A DNA stretch of 63,920 bases, the filler included, from Pelomyxa schiedti (taxonomy: Eukaryota; Protista; Evosea), in the NCBI GenBank assembly GCA_020536535.1. It is 7 parts of 7 records of this genome, joined end to end, with 100 filler letters (N's around TTAATTAATTAA, not from the genome) between each part and the next. Parts side by side here need not be neighbours in the genome. Positions count along the whole stretch, not along the records: positions 20,657 to 41,127 come from JAHLWZ010000155.1; 6 more parts are not named here. One strand, written 5' to 3'. Each line of letters starts with the position of its first letter. The first letter of the stretch is position 1. Position numbers and translations under genes: made by a program. The notes beneath the pieces were generated by a model. The model saw only the letters and a program-made list of their open reading frames with translations. It had not been told where the DNA came from and searched no databases. This document shows, in pieces, positions 25,144-37,783 of the stretch.

Positions 25144-26421
25144 ATGAAAACGGAGGCATCAACACAGTTGAGCGGGGTGAGTCCTCACGCACTGAGGGAA
25201 ATTCTTTCTTTACTGCCTCCGATGGATCTGTACAGATGCCGAAGAGTTTGCAAGGAAAGTTCCCTCCCCTCACCTCACCACCAAAAAAATAAATAAAATG
25301 GCGGTCATTGGGTGTTAGAGTTGCGTGCGATTACGCGCTGACCTCAACACAACAAATGTCACTGGTGCAGGGTTTCCAATTGCTTGCCGACGAAATTCTG
25401 AGCCGGCAAAACTACTGTGCCAGTTTCAAGCTGGTGATTGATAGTTATGTGAACTCTGCGAGGCTCCTCAGGCAATTTGAAGTGGGTAAGGACTTTGTTA
25501 TTCAAGATTGCTCGACGCATCAATGTGGTCACCAGTTTAGATTTATACTCCTTGGTTTGTACTGTAAATTTTACAACGAAAATCTTTATATTAAACTGGC
25601 ACCAAAAGGAGATCCTAAAGTGGGGAAAAAGGAGTTCATTCAACGCTTTGCACGCCAGTCTTTTGACCCCACTCTAATCCCTGAATACGTATGCCGATCT
25701 GTTTGGTGCAACAGGGAGGTAATTGTGCTTTGTGTGTGTTTAATGTAGTTATTATTTTATTTTTGAATTATTCATCAGTGCGTACGACTCCAAGGTTGAC
25801 ACCTTTATTCCCCTTTTTCACTAATGCCTGACCTCCGACAGTTCGGAATGAGTGCCAAACTAAGTACGACCCTCACCAACGCAAGGTTTATCGAGCTTCA
25901 GTGGTAATGATTTGCTTTGACCTTACTGGTATAATCTGCGGTTCTTTACGGTTTTTTACCACGTTTCCCAAAAAACAACAGAGAGAAGTTCTTTTGACAA
26001 TCTGATACACTGGTTTGACGATGTACTTCTCTTCACTGACACAACTGTTCCAATCCCAAAAAGCAACCCATCAACTAACTAAAAAAAAGGTTGAGGTTGT
26101 TCTTGTTGGAATGAAGGCAGACCTGCCCAGCCGTGCAGCCACAAACAGAGAGGTTTGTACCAACTCAATGACAGCATTTTTGGAATAACAAAGAGAGACT
26201 TAACCAACCAACACTCACCCTTTTCTCACAGATTGCTGATCTGTGCACTGAAATGAGGGCACACATAGATGACGAGATATTTTACTTTGAAACAAGCAGC
26301 CTCACAGGCCACAACGTGGACCTGGTGTTCAAGGTTGCCACATGCCTTGCATTGCAGGTTGCAACCACACAACATCAAATGATGCGACACACAACCCTAA
26401 ATCATCACCACAACCCAAGAA
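25144..26421 (+). CDS. F-box + divergent Ras/Rab-superfamily GTPase with CaaX (module copy 1)
   Basis: F-box ALREILSLLPPMDLYRCRRVCK; G1 GDPKVGKK; VMICFDLT; G4 LVGMKAD; G5 YFETSS; ends DCLVC*. No DxxGQ found. Confidence 0.7.
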
Positions 26422-26533
26422 AGGACTGTCTTGTGTGCTGATAGCACACCATAAAATGGTAACAGCCAATTCCTTTTGTAAAATTGGAAATCTTTATTTT
26501 TACAGTTATACATAATGTATTTTGAAAGGTGTG

Positions 26534-27820
26534 TCACATCAAATGGCAGCCACCACCTGTTGGTTGGCGATCTCCTGGGCCCAGTCTTCCTGTGGGCCTC
26601 CTTATTGCGTATGGTTTTGGGTCATTCCCAGCACCTTCCAGTGCCAACTGGCTGAGTCCTGTGAGGAGCTCTGGAATGTTCTTCATTGTTTTGGCAGACA
26701 CCTCAATGAACCCATCACAGTTGCTGGATTTGGCAAACTCAAGCCCCTGTGAATATGTGACCGACCTGGCTGCAGTGTGGTTCATGTCTGACTTGTTTCC
26801 ACAAAGAAGCAACTGTTTTGGGTGTAAGTAGACGGAGGATGTATTGTCACGGCGAACCTTGCTCGCACGTTCGCGGACGCGAATTTCAGTAAGGAATCTT
26901 GTCAATGCAGTGAGAGATGTGCTGTCCGTCACATCATACACTAGCAAAATGGCAGCGGCATGCCGGTAGTACATTGGCAACTGTTATTCATGAACTTGTT
27001 AGTAAACAGAACAACACTGGTGTGAAAGGAGAATACACCAGCGAGCGGAATCTTTCTTGTCCTCCTGTGTCTGTAAGCATAATTACTAACGCGGAACTTA
27101 TATTTTATATACAATAACAAAATTTAATTGGATAAAATTAAAATACCCCATAATTCTAACTTGACAGTCCCACCAGCGAGAGGAGCAACTGTAACCACAA
27201 ACCTTGCACCAACTGTGGTTTCATGCTCATCTATAAACTTTTTGCCAGTGAGCATCTCCACAATGCATGTCTTCCCGGAAGCACTGTCACCAGCCACACA
27301 CACCTTGATCCCCCTGTGTGCATCCCAACAATCAACATTCAGCGATTGGTCTCGTTCTGTAACCCACTTGACGCAACACCTGTGCTGCATTCGAAGTTCC
27401 TTCAGTTTTCTTTTCATTGTTTGGTTTTTATACATTAGTGTTGGCAAGGTTTAAAATTTAATACTTTAAAGAGAGTTACACACAACACAACACAACACAA
27501 CACAACACAACACAACACAACACAACACAACACAACACAACACAACACAACACAACACAACACAACACAACACAACACAACACAACACAACACAACACAA
27601 CACACGTACAGTACATTGAAGCGAAAGAGTGGAGCAATTTGTTGACCCTGTCGAGGGCTGACAACGTTTGCAAGTTATCTACGTTACGAACGAGGCTCTC
27701 TGCAACTCCAGAGTCAATCACAAGGCCACTCCCATAACCATCATTACGACGCACAACCGCCGCGGTGGTGCATGATGTGCACACTGGTTCGGCGACACTG
27801 CCACGATGTGCTGAAATCAT
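26534..27820 (-). CDS. F-box-like + Rab5/Rab22-like GTPase (module copy 1)
   Basis: N-terminal VAESLVRNVDNLQTLSALDRVNKLLHSFA; GDSASGKT, TTVGARF, LELWDTGGQERFRSL, LPMYYRHA, GNKSD, EVSAKT; ends CHLM*. Confidence 0.85.
27481..27604. repeat. (CACAA)n microsatellite in an intron
   Basis: About 24 perfect pentamer units. Confidence 0.95.
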
Positions 27821-27940
27821 CACACATCAGAATACGGGAAAGGGAGGGGACCAAGCAAGCACATTATATGCAGAACCCAAGTGGGAATCCTTCCATCCCA
27901 CTAAAAACTAATTTAGTGTTATTTCCTCTGCTGGATTTGC

Positions 27941-30591
27941 TTATTCGGTGTCCATTCTCTCAGTACCAGATGTTGTACGAATGATGCCACCAGTTTTGTT
28001 GGTTGTGGTTGTTGTGGTGTTTTGATGTTGTTTGTTTCCTTCTTTTTCCTTCTTCTTTCCCTTTTCCTTTTCCTCTTCCTTGTCCTCACACCCTTCCTCT
28101 TCCTCGTCCTCATCGTCGTCATCCTCACAGTTGTCATCATCGCCATCGCCGTCGTCCTCGTCATCCTCGTTAGGGTGTTTGACAGTGGAGACCTCATCAG
28201 GGGCATATTTGTCAAGCAACTGGGTTGCCATTGAATATATGGTTGTGTTTCTATGTAGCTGCAGGTCAGACACAGTATCAGAGAGTCTTGAATTACTGGC
28301 CCAAAGCTTGTTTGGCGTTTCTGTGCCTGTTGCAAGAAGTTTTTGAAGTGCCTGCCAGTTGTGGTTAAGGCATTAGACCTTAAAGGATACACTTACTGTA
28401 AGAATGAGGATAATGAGCTTGCTCTGGGTATAATTAACACTGTACCGCTCCAGGAGAGCCCGTAATGGTTCAATTACACCCATAGAAATCATGTACCTGC
28501 ACCATCAAAATGTGAGTATTGTGACATTCATGCCAGTGTCTTTATTTAGGACTTATTATTTTGAAGTCACACATACCGAAGGACTCCACAGTCGTTTGTT
28601 TCAATGCAATTGCAGATAACCCAGCACGCTTCTCGGTGAATCTCCAAATCACCTGATGACAAGCACGTCACAACGTGCGGAACAACCCCACTTTGGCAAA
28701 TTGCTGCCACTTGTTCCCTGTGTTTTGTGTTTTCCAATTCTTGAGCTTCGGTTTTCATTGCAGCAGTTTGGAAAATACTTACTTTGTGCCACCGGCAATG
28801 TTGGAGAGCTATTTTGGAGGTAAGTACAGAAAGTGTGGGTGTTTGTGCTGATACACACCAACCAGATTGACTCCTTCTTAAGGATCTTCTTGACTCCAAG
28901 CAAGCTGTATGAACACAAAATGAACACAAGAAATGGATTTTTGTAGTATTTTCTGTACAGGTGCATACAATGGAGTAACAGCCTGAAAAATCCCGGCATC
29001 GATCAGGCTCTAGTGAAGAAGATCAGAAAAGAAGTCCTTGCGCTATTTACTAGTACTTTTATTTACCTGAGTTTCTTCAGCACTGCAAAGTGATGTCGTT
29101 TGTCGTTAGTGAAAAAGGGATTAATGCATTCATAAAAACCTTCCCGTGGCAACATTTCCCAATGCTCGCACGGCCGGCAAACACACTTGCACATTATTCA
29201 GCTGGTTGGTAACACGAATTAAAGGTGCACCAAACACCTTGTAATTGTTGTACCGAAAGAAGTCTGACAAGAGAAGGAATAATTGTCCCAGTAGATATTA
29301 TCATTTTGACACAGGGTGGAGAGTCAGTTAAATAAGACAATGTCCTGAAATTGGTGAGTGCTGAAACTTTGTGTTATCTTATTTATATACCAGGCAACAT
29401 CACTCATAACATCAACGTCGCTGCACTGGAGGAGGCCCACAAGAGTGGCTATCAGGGAAACCGATGACTCACCGGCACCTAGGAATGTATTTCACATATT
29501 TAGGAAGAATAGAAATGGAGTGAGCGCACTCACTTGGTTGGAAATATGAAATATCTGGGGATGGCTTTCCTCGGCAACCATTGGAAAGGGCCCACGTCTG
29601 GAAGAAAGTCAAAGGAGGTGGGGTGATGGTTTGCATACTGCATTCCTCAGGAACGCAATGTGATTTGGAAATCTGACCATTGCGCTGAGTAATGCGGGGA
29701 AAAATCCAAGTCGAAGTACATAATCTCTGTGCGCAACACCATCTCCACTGATGTTTCCCAGGGCCCATGCTGCCTGTGCGTTGTGTGCGTTGTGTGTTGT
29801 GCGTGTAATGTGCGTGTGAATGAGAATTGTTGTGTGCATCAACCCTATCCATCCCGTGTGAGTGTGAGAGGGGATACCTGTTCACAGACTTCCGCATCCG
29901 GACTTGAGGAGAGAAGGGCAATGACGGGTGGCCCAATTCCGCATTTGATCACTTCCGCCGTCTGTTTTCTGCTGCCACTGCAAACTTTAAGTTTAACAAA
30001 TTAACACAGCACTGGTTAATTTTGAATGACATCTGGACTTGGGAGCACATACTGTTTGTCAATGCCCAAAGTGCTTCACACTGAAATTTCGGGTCATCTG
30101 CCTGAAAGAAATATATCAGTTCCAATTTAGTCACGATGGCCTCACACTCACCAGAGATAAAAACTGAATGAGACGCGGAACAACCCCAGCCTTGATGACT
30201 TCATCAATCGGTGGGCCTGCAAAAAAAGAATACTAAGCTTTCGAATAGCAATCAATAACAATAACAATGGTAATACAAAAAAGCAAACGCAACCCTGCAC
30301 ACCACAACCAAGACACACACGCACGCACGCACCTTCCAAGCTGAGCAGCATTCTCAGCTGTACAGTTCCGGTGAACGCGACGGTGCGATCGTTGGAGCGT
30401 GTTGATGCAACTGCCTCGGCAACGCTCGTCGCTGGTGGAACTGTCCCCGCCGCGACCGTGGTTGTTGACGGATCAGTAGTTCCAGATTTCGTCGTTGCGC
30501 TTGGATCTCCTTGTTGTTGCGGCGGTGGTGCTTGTCGTTGCCTCTGTTGTTTCCGCTGTGTCGCATTTCCGCAGGTATCCTCCTCGTCCAT
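27941..30591 (-). CDS. Importin-alpha-like ARM protein lacking the IBB domain, acidic tail (module copy 1)
   Basis: LRMLLSLE/PPIDEVIKAGVVPRLIQFL, FQCEALWALTN, QAAWALGNISGD..HRDYVL, WALSNGCRGKP, REACWVICN. Confidence 0.85.
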
Positions 30592-30847
30592 TCCCGCCAA
30601 AAGATTTTTTTTTTTTTTTGCGTTTGTACCGAAAACGAACGGATATTAAATCTAGCATCTGTTAAGGTTTCCGAAAGAAACCGAAGTTGGGATACCCCAA
30701 ATCTCGGCAATTGTACAGTACAGTGCTCTTTCAAGGGAATGTTCGGGGTACCTGACAGAACAACTCAGCTGGGTGAACGGAACTCAAAAAAATGTCGCCT
30801 CATCACTCCTCCAACCGACGCCTTTCTTTTTCTTTGCTTTTTGAACT

Positions 30848-33800
30848 ATGACACTACTGAGCGCTGCCGTAGTTGTGGTTTGCTATTGTGGGTTGTTGTG
30901 GTGCAGTAGTTGTAATGCCGCCGCTGGCGGCGGAGAAAATTGTGGGAACAGTGTTGTTGTTGGGTCACTGCCGTTTGTCGAGGTGGCCAACTTGACTGAT
31001 TCTTATTATGGTATTATTACATTGTCATCTAGTTAATGGCTAGTCCATACGAAATACAAATAGCTGTTTTGGTTGTTTTGGGAGACTTTGTTTTACTGAC
31101 TCGGTTACCGAAATTTTAATAATGGCCATTAAAAAGCACGGTTTTACAGTTATGTTGGACCTATGAATGGGACTCAGAGAGTTGTTGCTTCACTGTGCAA
31201 TGATGCAACGCAGTTCGACACTGGGCTCAACTTGTACACATCTTGTGTTTCCAATTCACCTGATAACGAGATCGCATGGAATAATGACTTCTGTGGCAAG
31301 CGGTCCTCTCTTTCTTGGTATGGGAGATTACGGTAATGTTATTTATTTCTGTTCTTACTTCCAAGAAGGACAACATCTCCTGGGGTGACTTACTACTTCA
31401 AAGTCTGGATAAGGACAGAGACATCAGCAGAGTTCTATCAGTATCAGCTGAACTTTCAGCAGAGTATGACACCTCACTTTTAAAACCTCTTATTATTTGC
31501 TTTGATCTGGGGAAAAAAGGCACTGTGAGCACCCATGAAATTTGCCAAGATGCTATGCCCATCGCGAGAATTCCCTTTTCCGACGTGGGTGTGACTTCGT
31601 ATTGCGCTGACTCCTGGGATTCCTGTGACATACAAAATTGGGGGTCTGGAGGTTAGCGAGTTCCCTTTTCCCACTCTCTTACCTACTACAATCTTTTCTC
31701 CAACAGGTAAATGGTACTCTGTTGTGGGCACAGGAGGAGTTTTACAGGTTCAGACATGCACTGACAATTCCACTTTGAATAATCTGGATACTGTAATTGA
31801 AGTGTATGAATCCTGCAGTTCCTATTGCATTGCTGAGGTATGCCACAGGTTAAACACTTTTTTTCACCTCTCCAACAAAGAACGACGACAGCTGCCTCCC
31901 ACAGGCTGAGTTGGTTTGGGCCACCACAAAAGGAGTTGTATATTACATCAAAGTGACAACATCAGATCTGAACTCCGGCTATTTTGCACTCTCTATGAAT
32001 CATGGTGAGATTATTTTTCTCCCATTTCTTTAAAGTCCTGAGATCACTGAAAAGTTGTGTGTGAATCAAACAATAACTGCGGAGTTGCCAAGGCGATATC
32101 TAGATTGCCCTATGAAGCCCAGTCTTCCACAGTCAATGTCCCAGACACTTACCTCAGTTGCCAAAATGAAAACCGGCAAAGTTTTGTACCCTTTTTACCT
32201 CCCACTGTGGAATTGAACTAACTTCAAAATAACCAGCACTCTGGTGGACAGTGCAAGGAACTGGGCAACCACTATTCGCCACAACATGTCTTGGAGATGC
32301 AAATTATGTTAGATTTCCCATTACCATCCTTATTTTTACTGTTGAAGTTTTAGTATATCGAAACTATTATTGACGTATATACCGGTTGCTCCGGGGGTGT
32401 TGCAGACACTTGCCTTGTGTATAACTATGACTATTGCTATTACGCTGCATATGTATGTGTTGCTTCAGTTTAAAAGACACTCAATGTGGGGGAAAAAAAG
32501 GTCCAGTGGGAGAGCGTGAAGGGAGAAACATACTACATTGCTGTGCATGGATGGATTGATGAATCTGATGGTGTTGACATCCACCTGTTGGTCGATCTCG
32601 GTACTTGCGTAATGTTGAATGTATTCTAACTTAATCTGTGGGATTCCCCTGTTTAGTGTCTAATTCTGACAACGATGCGTGCTATGATGCCATGCTGGTT
32701 CCCAGCTTTCCGTGGAACGTGACACAGAAGATAAGTGCCTCAGATCAAATTTCGCAAGGTGGATGCACAGACCCGTTGCAGCGGATAGGTAAATCCTGGA
32801 AATGAACTCTTTGGTTTCACTTCTTTTTTTATCACTCACAGGGAGATGGTATTACTTCACATCAGATGCACCGGTTCAAGTCTCTGTTGATTCATGCAAC
32901 TCTGGAACATCTGAAAGCACAACGATTGAGGTTTATGCTGATACTTACAATCCGTGCTACATGAGCCTGTGTGAAACTTACAGGTATTTTTTCTCTGTTC
33001 TTTTTCCCTTTTTGGAACACTTCTTCAACAGTGACACAAATTACTGTTCCGGCAAAGGACAAGTTGCGTGGATGGCACTGGCGGGTATACCTTACTTCAT
33101 TTTCGTCACCCCGACCAAGAAGCTTTCTCTGGGATCCATGACAGCCAGTCTGGATTTTGAAACATGTATTTATTTCTCATCCTTCTCACCCAAAAAAGAC
33201 CGCACAATGAAACCACAAAAAAACCACAACGAAACGAAAAAAACACTTACTGAACAAATAGTTGACAACAGTCAATGCGTGAGTGCATACCAAGTTCCGG
33301 CTGGTCTTTCATCATGGTCAATGAGAAGCTATACAACTTACTCTTCCGCTTCCTTCAGCTCCTGCACACAGCAGTATTCTCCAGGTACAAATAATGCTAT
33401 CAATAATAAAACCATTCTTCCTCCGATATAAAAACCGGGTGTATAATCAAAAAAACCAATGCAAAATAAACAACCGCAAAATCGTCAAAGCACTATTTTA
33501 ATTTCCCCAATTTTATTCCCTCACTCGATCACAGCACTGTGGTACGCAATACAAGGAACCGGAGGCACAATATCAGCATCCACATGCACCTCCCAGACCG
33601 TGTTTGACACCATTCTATCAGTGTTCTCGTCATGCAACGGAACAGTGGAATCATGCGTGGCATACAATGACAATGGGAAGTACTGTGGAGGAACATCACT
33701 TGTTACATGGACAAGCTACAAAGGCACTGAATACTTCCTGCAAGTTGCCGGAATGAATGGAGCGAAAGGGATGTTTGAAGTCACCCTTTCGGTAAGAATT

Positions 33801-33870
33801 TACTATTAATTGTATTATATTATTCCCCCACCAACCACTTTCTACCTTACTTACATTTAAAAAGATGTAA
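30848..33870 (+). CDS. Secreted protein with about 5 tandem Cys-containing beta-domains (PPC-like)
   Basis: Signal peptide, then repeated WY...GTG...ASTC...FDT.L.V..SC...C..ND...C...V.W....G..Y.I.V units across many exons. Confidence 0.7.
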
Positions 33871-34045
33871 CAGGTGGAAGAGGATGAAACAAATTCTAAC
33901 CCCTAAATTATTTGTGAAGTTCCAATGTAGTACTGGTCTGTGTCAGAAAGACAAACCAACCACAGAAAATTGATAGTGATGAAAAAAGATCAGCACACCC
34001 AAAAACCCAACCGTAACCGTTCAACAAATCGAATCCTCTGTGCCC

Positions 34046-36451
34046 ATGTCGTCATCATCCCACAACAAGAATGAGGAGGCGCGTCGGATCCTTGTAATCT
34101 CACGCACAGTGTGGCCCATCGTGGCCGCCGCAGCGGGGGCAGGGGGGCGGCGGGGAGCCAAGCGCGGCCAGTGCGTGTGGGCCATGGGGGTCGCCGAGGC
34201 CCTGTTCCCCCTCGTGGCCCTCGCCTGCTCCCTCGTGCTGCGCACCCCGCTGCGGGCGCAGGGGCCCCACGGGAGGCGCGCACCGAGCGGCCCGGGGGGC
34301 CCGGGGCGGGGGTACCTGGCACTCGAGTGGGCCGCGATGGTGGCCGGGGGCCAGCGGATGAGGTGCCTGGGGTGGATACTGGGGCGCAAGGCCACACGGA
34401 ACAACGAGAGGGAGTGCCTTGTGGTGCTGTGGGGGCTGTGTGCCGCTGGAAACCTGTCACTGGCGAATGACCTGGTCACTAGTAGTAGCGGCGGTGGTTC
34501 CTGTGGTGGTATGGGAGCTTCTGGGAGTGGATGGAGGGGGACTGGGTTGGTGTGGGGGAGGTATGGAGGCACCAGTGGTGAGGGTACACCTGGATTCCTG
34601 GAGGATGAAGTGAGGTCTGCTCAGCCAAAGTTCCTTAATGAGGTGGAACCCTGTGAGTTTACAAGGTTCACAAGGGAAACCCTGGCTCACTGTGGGGAGG
34701 AGTCCCTTGGGCACTATGAGGTCACTGACTTCAGGGATGCTGAGGATAGGTCACTGCTGTCAGAGGTTTGTGCCAGAGGCCACCTTGACACGGCAAAGTG
34801 GCTGGTTTCCACGTTCCACATGAGGGAGCCATGGGAATTTGCCATTCCTTTCTGCTGTGCACTTGCTGGTGGCCATCTGGAAGTTTCAAAGTGGCTGACA
34901 ACATGTTTCGATGTCAAAATGTTGACACATAACTTCTTGTCAACTCACCTCTTTCCAATTGATGTCTATGCTGGAAGGAGTGGGAGCTTGCCACTTGTCA
35001 AATGGTTTCTTGAAGAATTTGAGGACTTACCCACACACAAAACCAACCCAGCAGAACTGCTTGCCGGATTCATGTCCAACAGACAGCAGCAACCCAGTGA
35101 ACTGATGAAAGGGATTGAGTGGCTTCAAAGCCACTTTGACCTTGGACCTCAAGTCCTTCAAATTGCTGCAAGCGGTGCAAACATGAACCAGATGCCTGCA
35201 AAGTGGCTGGTGGAGAACTACATCACCTGCAGTGGTGTGAAAAAAAGTTGTGCACCTCTGTTCTGTTCTTCTTTCTCTGTGTTCACAGACCTTGACTCAA
35301 TGAAGTGGATATTCGAGTTAGCAGGGCTCGCAGAAGTGGTCAACCCACGGCACCTGAAAGAAGTGTGTGAAAACAGAAAGGACAATGTTGAAGTTGTGAA
35401 GTTCATTGCACAAAAGGTAACAACCAGCAGCCTCGAATTTTCTTCACTTCAAAGGTGCCTTGTGGCAGCCCTGGCTTGTAACAATACTCAAATTGCAACC
35501 TGGCTTGATGATACCTTCAGCTTGATTGAAAAATTGAATTCTTACCCTACTGTTGTGCGGGCAGCATTTGTCTCTCTGTTTGAAACAGTTGCTGCACACC
35601 CAAACAGGTTTTGCCTGGATGGTGCCAAGTGGCTTCTTCAGCATGTTAACACGCAGTACATCCAGGAAAGTGATGTGGCAAACATACTTGAGGTTTCTCA
35701 GGACATCAGAGTTGTATTGCTGATAGTCAGGCACTTATTTCCCTCCAGTGAAGGGGTGACCAGATGTCATTTCACACAAGCATGCTGGAAGGCATACACC
35801 CTTCTTCCCGCTGACCTCTCTTCTGCAAAGGAGCTTGTTGCACTTGCACACTTCACAAAAGAGCAGATTTCACACTGTGTTTCCTTCCAGTGGATGAGCA
35901 AAGTCTCATCCAAGGTTTTGAAGTGGATGATCAAGGAGTTTCAGCTGGATGCAGAGCTAGTCAAATCAAACAACAACTTCTTGCTGAATCAGCTGATTGA
36001 AAAAAGTAAAACCAGCATTTCTGAGTGGACGATACACACTTTTCACATCACTTTGGAGGAGGTGTGCAGGGCAGGGGTGGGGAAAAAACCAAACTAACAT
36101 ACATTAACATAGTTCATAAAAATGAGAAATGGACCAAAGAGAACATTCTCACGGTGTGCTGTGAAGCTGGCCACATGGAAGATGCTTCTGAGGGTGTTCC
36201 AACAAGGAATCACCCCCGCCATTGTCCTGGATTGCTTCATGGATTTTGTTCTTGTCACGCCAGCTCACATCGAATTCACCATCAGGAGTGTCCCAGGATT
36301 AACATCGTTTGATGTGATACAGTGCTGTGGCATGTATCCATCGCCGTGTGCCCTGCCTGCCCCAATAAGAATGTGGTTGCACAGCAATTGGCCCTCACCC
36401 TCCAAATCATCCACCCCAATAACAACACCCCCCAACTGTTCTCTCCTGTAG
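34046..36451 (+). CDS. Ankyrin-like helical-repeat protein (module copy 2)
   Basis: 685-aa ORF with SRTVW..ALFPLV, CARGHLDTAKWL and ALAGGHLEVSKWL, plus the LATWKMLLRVF exon. Confidence 0.75.
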
Positions 36452-36717
36452 AAATGGTTTGGTTTTTCAGCAACAGTAGAAAGACTCGTGAGGCACACAC
36501 GTGTGGTGTGGGAATGTTACCCTTGTTGCCCATCAGGGGAACAAGGTTAAGTTTTTTAACTCCTTTGTTATGTTGGTGGCTGGTGTAGTTCTAGGCTGAG
36601 TCACACTCTGAGTATGTTTCCAAGAGATCCAAATCAGAAGACCTTCCGCGAACTAATCAACGGTCCATTCTCACAGATTATTCCCCCCCTGAAGGGTCTG
36701 CGTCCCTGCGGACCGTC

Positions 36718-37745
36718 ATGTCGTGCCGGAGATCGCCTAGTTCTCTGTGGCCACAGTGTGGCATCATTTTTCGTGTTGCTTGATGTATTGTAATGATGGT
36801 GGGAGTATTAATGCAGGATGTTGTTTATGGAAGCGTTTTTACTTACACGCCTTCAAGTGTCGTTAATGGTAGAGCATTGGCTGAAATTCTTGTGTTGTTG
36901 CCACCGAAGGACCTGTACAGATGCCGAAGAGTTTGCAAGGAAAGTAGTAGTCCGTCCTTTTTAATTTGGCAAACAAACAACACTTGCGCTCTCGCACACA
37001 GGGCTTCCAACTATTGCCCGGCCAAGTTACTGGTCCAATTTCAAGCTCTTGAAAGAGAGTTTCGTGAATTGCACAAAACTCCTCTCCTTGGTTAGTATGT
37101 TGCCGGAGGAGGTATTGACAGTTATGGTAATACCTTGACCCAGGGGACCATCGAGCTGGAAAGAAGGAACTGATGCAATGTTTTGTGCGACATTATTTTA
37201 ACAACACTGAAAACCCTGTTTTCGTTCGGCAATTCGTGCGGTGCAACGGCAAGGTTATTTCCTTCTTTCTTTTTTTTTTTTCCCTTTTTGTCGTTAACTT
37301 TTGACATACCAACAGATCATACAACTTCAAGGTTGGCCTATTATTTTATTTTTTGGCATCACCTCAATTTTTGTGTGCCTCTGGCAGTTTGGAAGGCGTC
37401 TCAACAACTAACTTCTAAAAGGAGGAAACACTAATTGTTCTTGCTGGGATGAAATCAGACTTGCCCGGTCGAGCAGCTACAGTCAAAGAAGTTTGTGTCA
37501 CCAATCAATCACTGGGTATTCATACATACAAACCTCCTTTCAATTCCTCCGTTTTTTTTTTCTTTTTTCAGATTGCGTTTCTGTGCACTGAAATGCGGGA
37601 ACATATTTGTTTCCTGCATGAAATAGTGTATGTTGAAGCAAGCAGCCTCACAGGCTACAACGTGGACCTGGTGTTCAAGGTTGCCACACACATCGCAATG
37701 CAACCCATTATCACAGTACTACCAGAGGTTGTAATAATCTTATGA
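36718..37745 (+). pseudogene. F-box + GTPase remnant (module copy 2)
   Basis: ALAEILVLLPPKDLYRCRRVCK and MKSDLP..VEASSLTGYNVDLVFKVAT match 25144-26421. It has a frameshifting deletion near 37017, no P-loop and no CaaX. Confidence 0.65.
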
Positions 37746-37783
37746 GAACATCAGTAATTACATGTGACATCATGTCAGTATCA

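Noticed and set aside
27476-27823. Cys-rich (VVLCC)n protein in the ORF track
   Set aside because: This is read-through into an intronic (TTGTG)n microsatellite.
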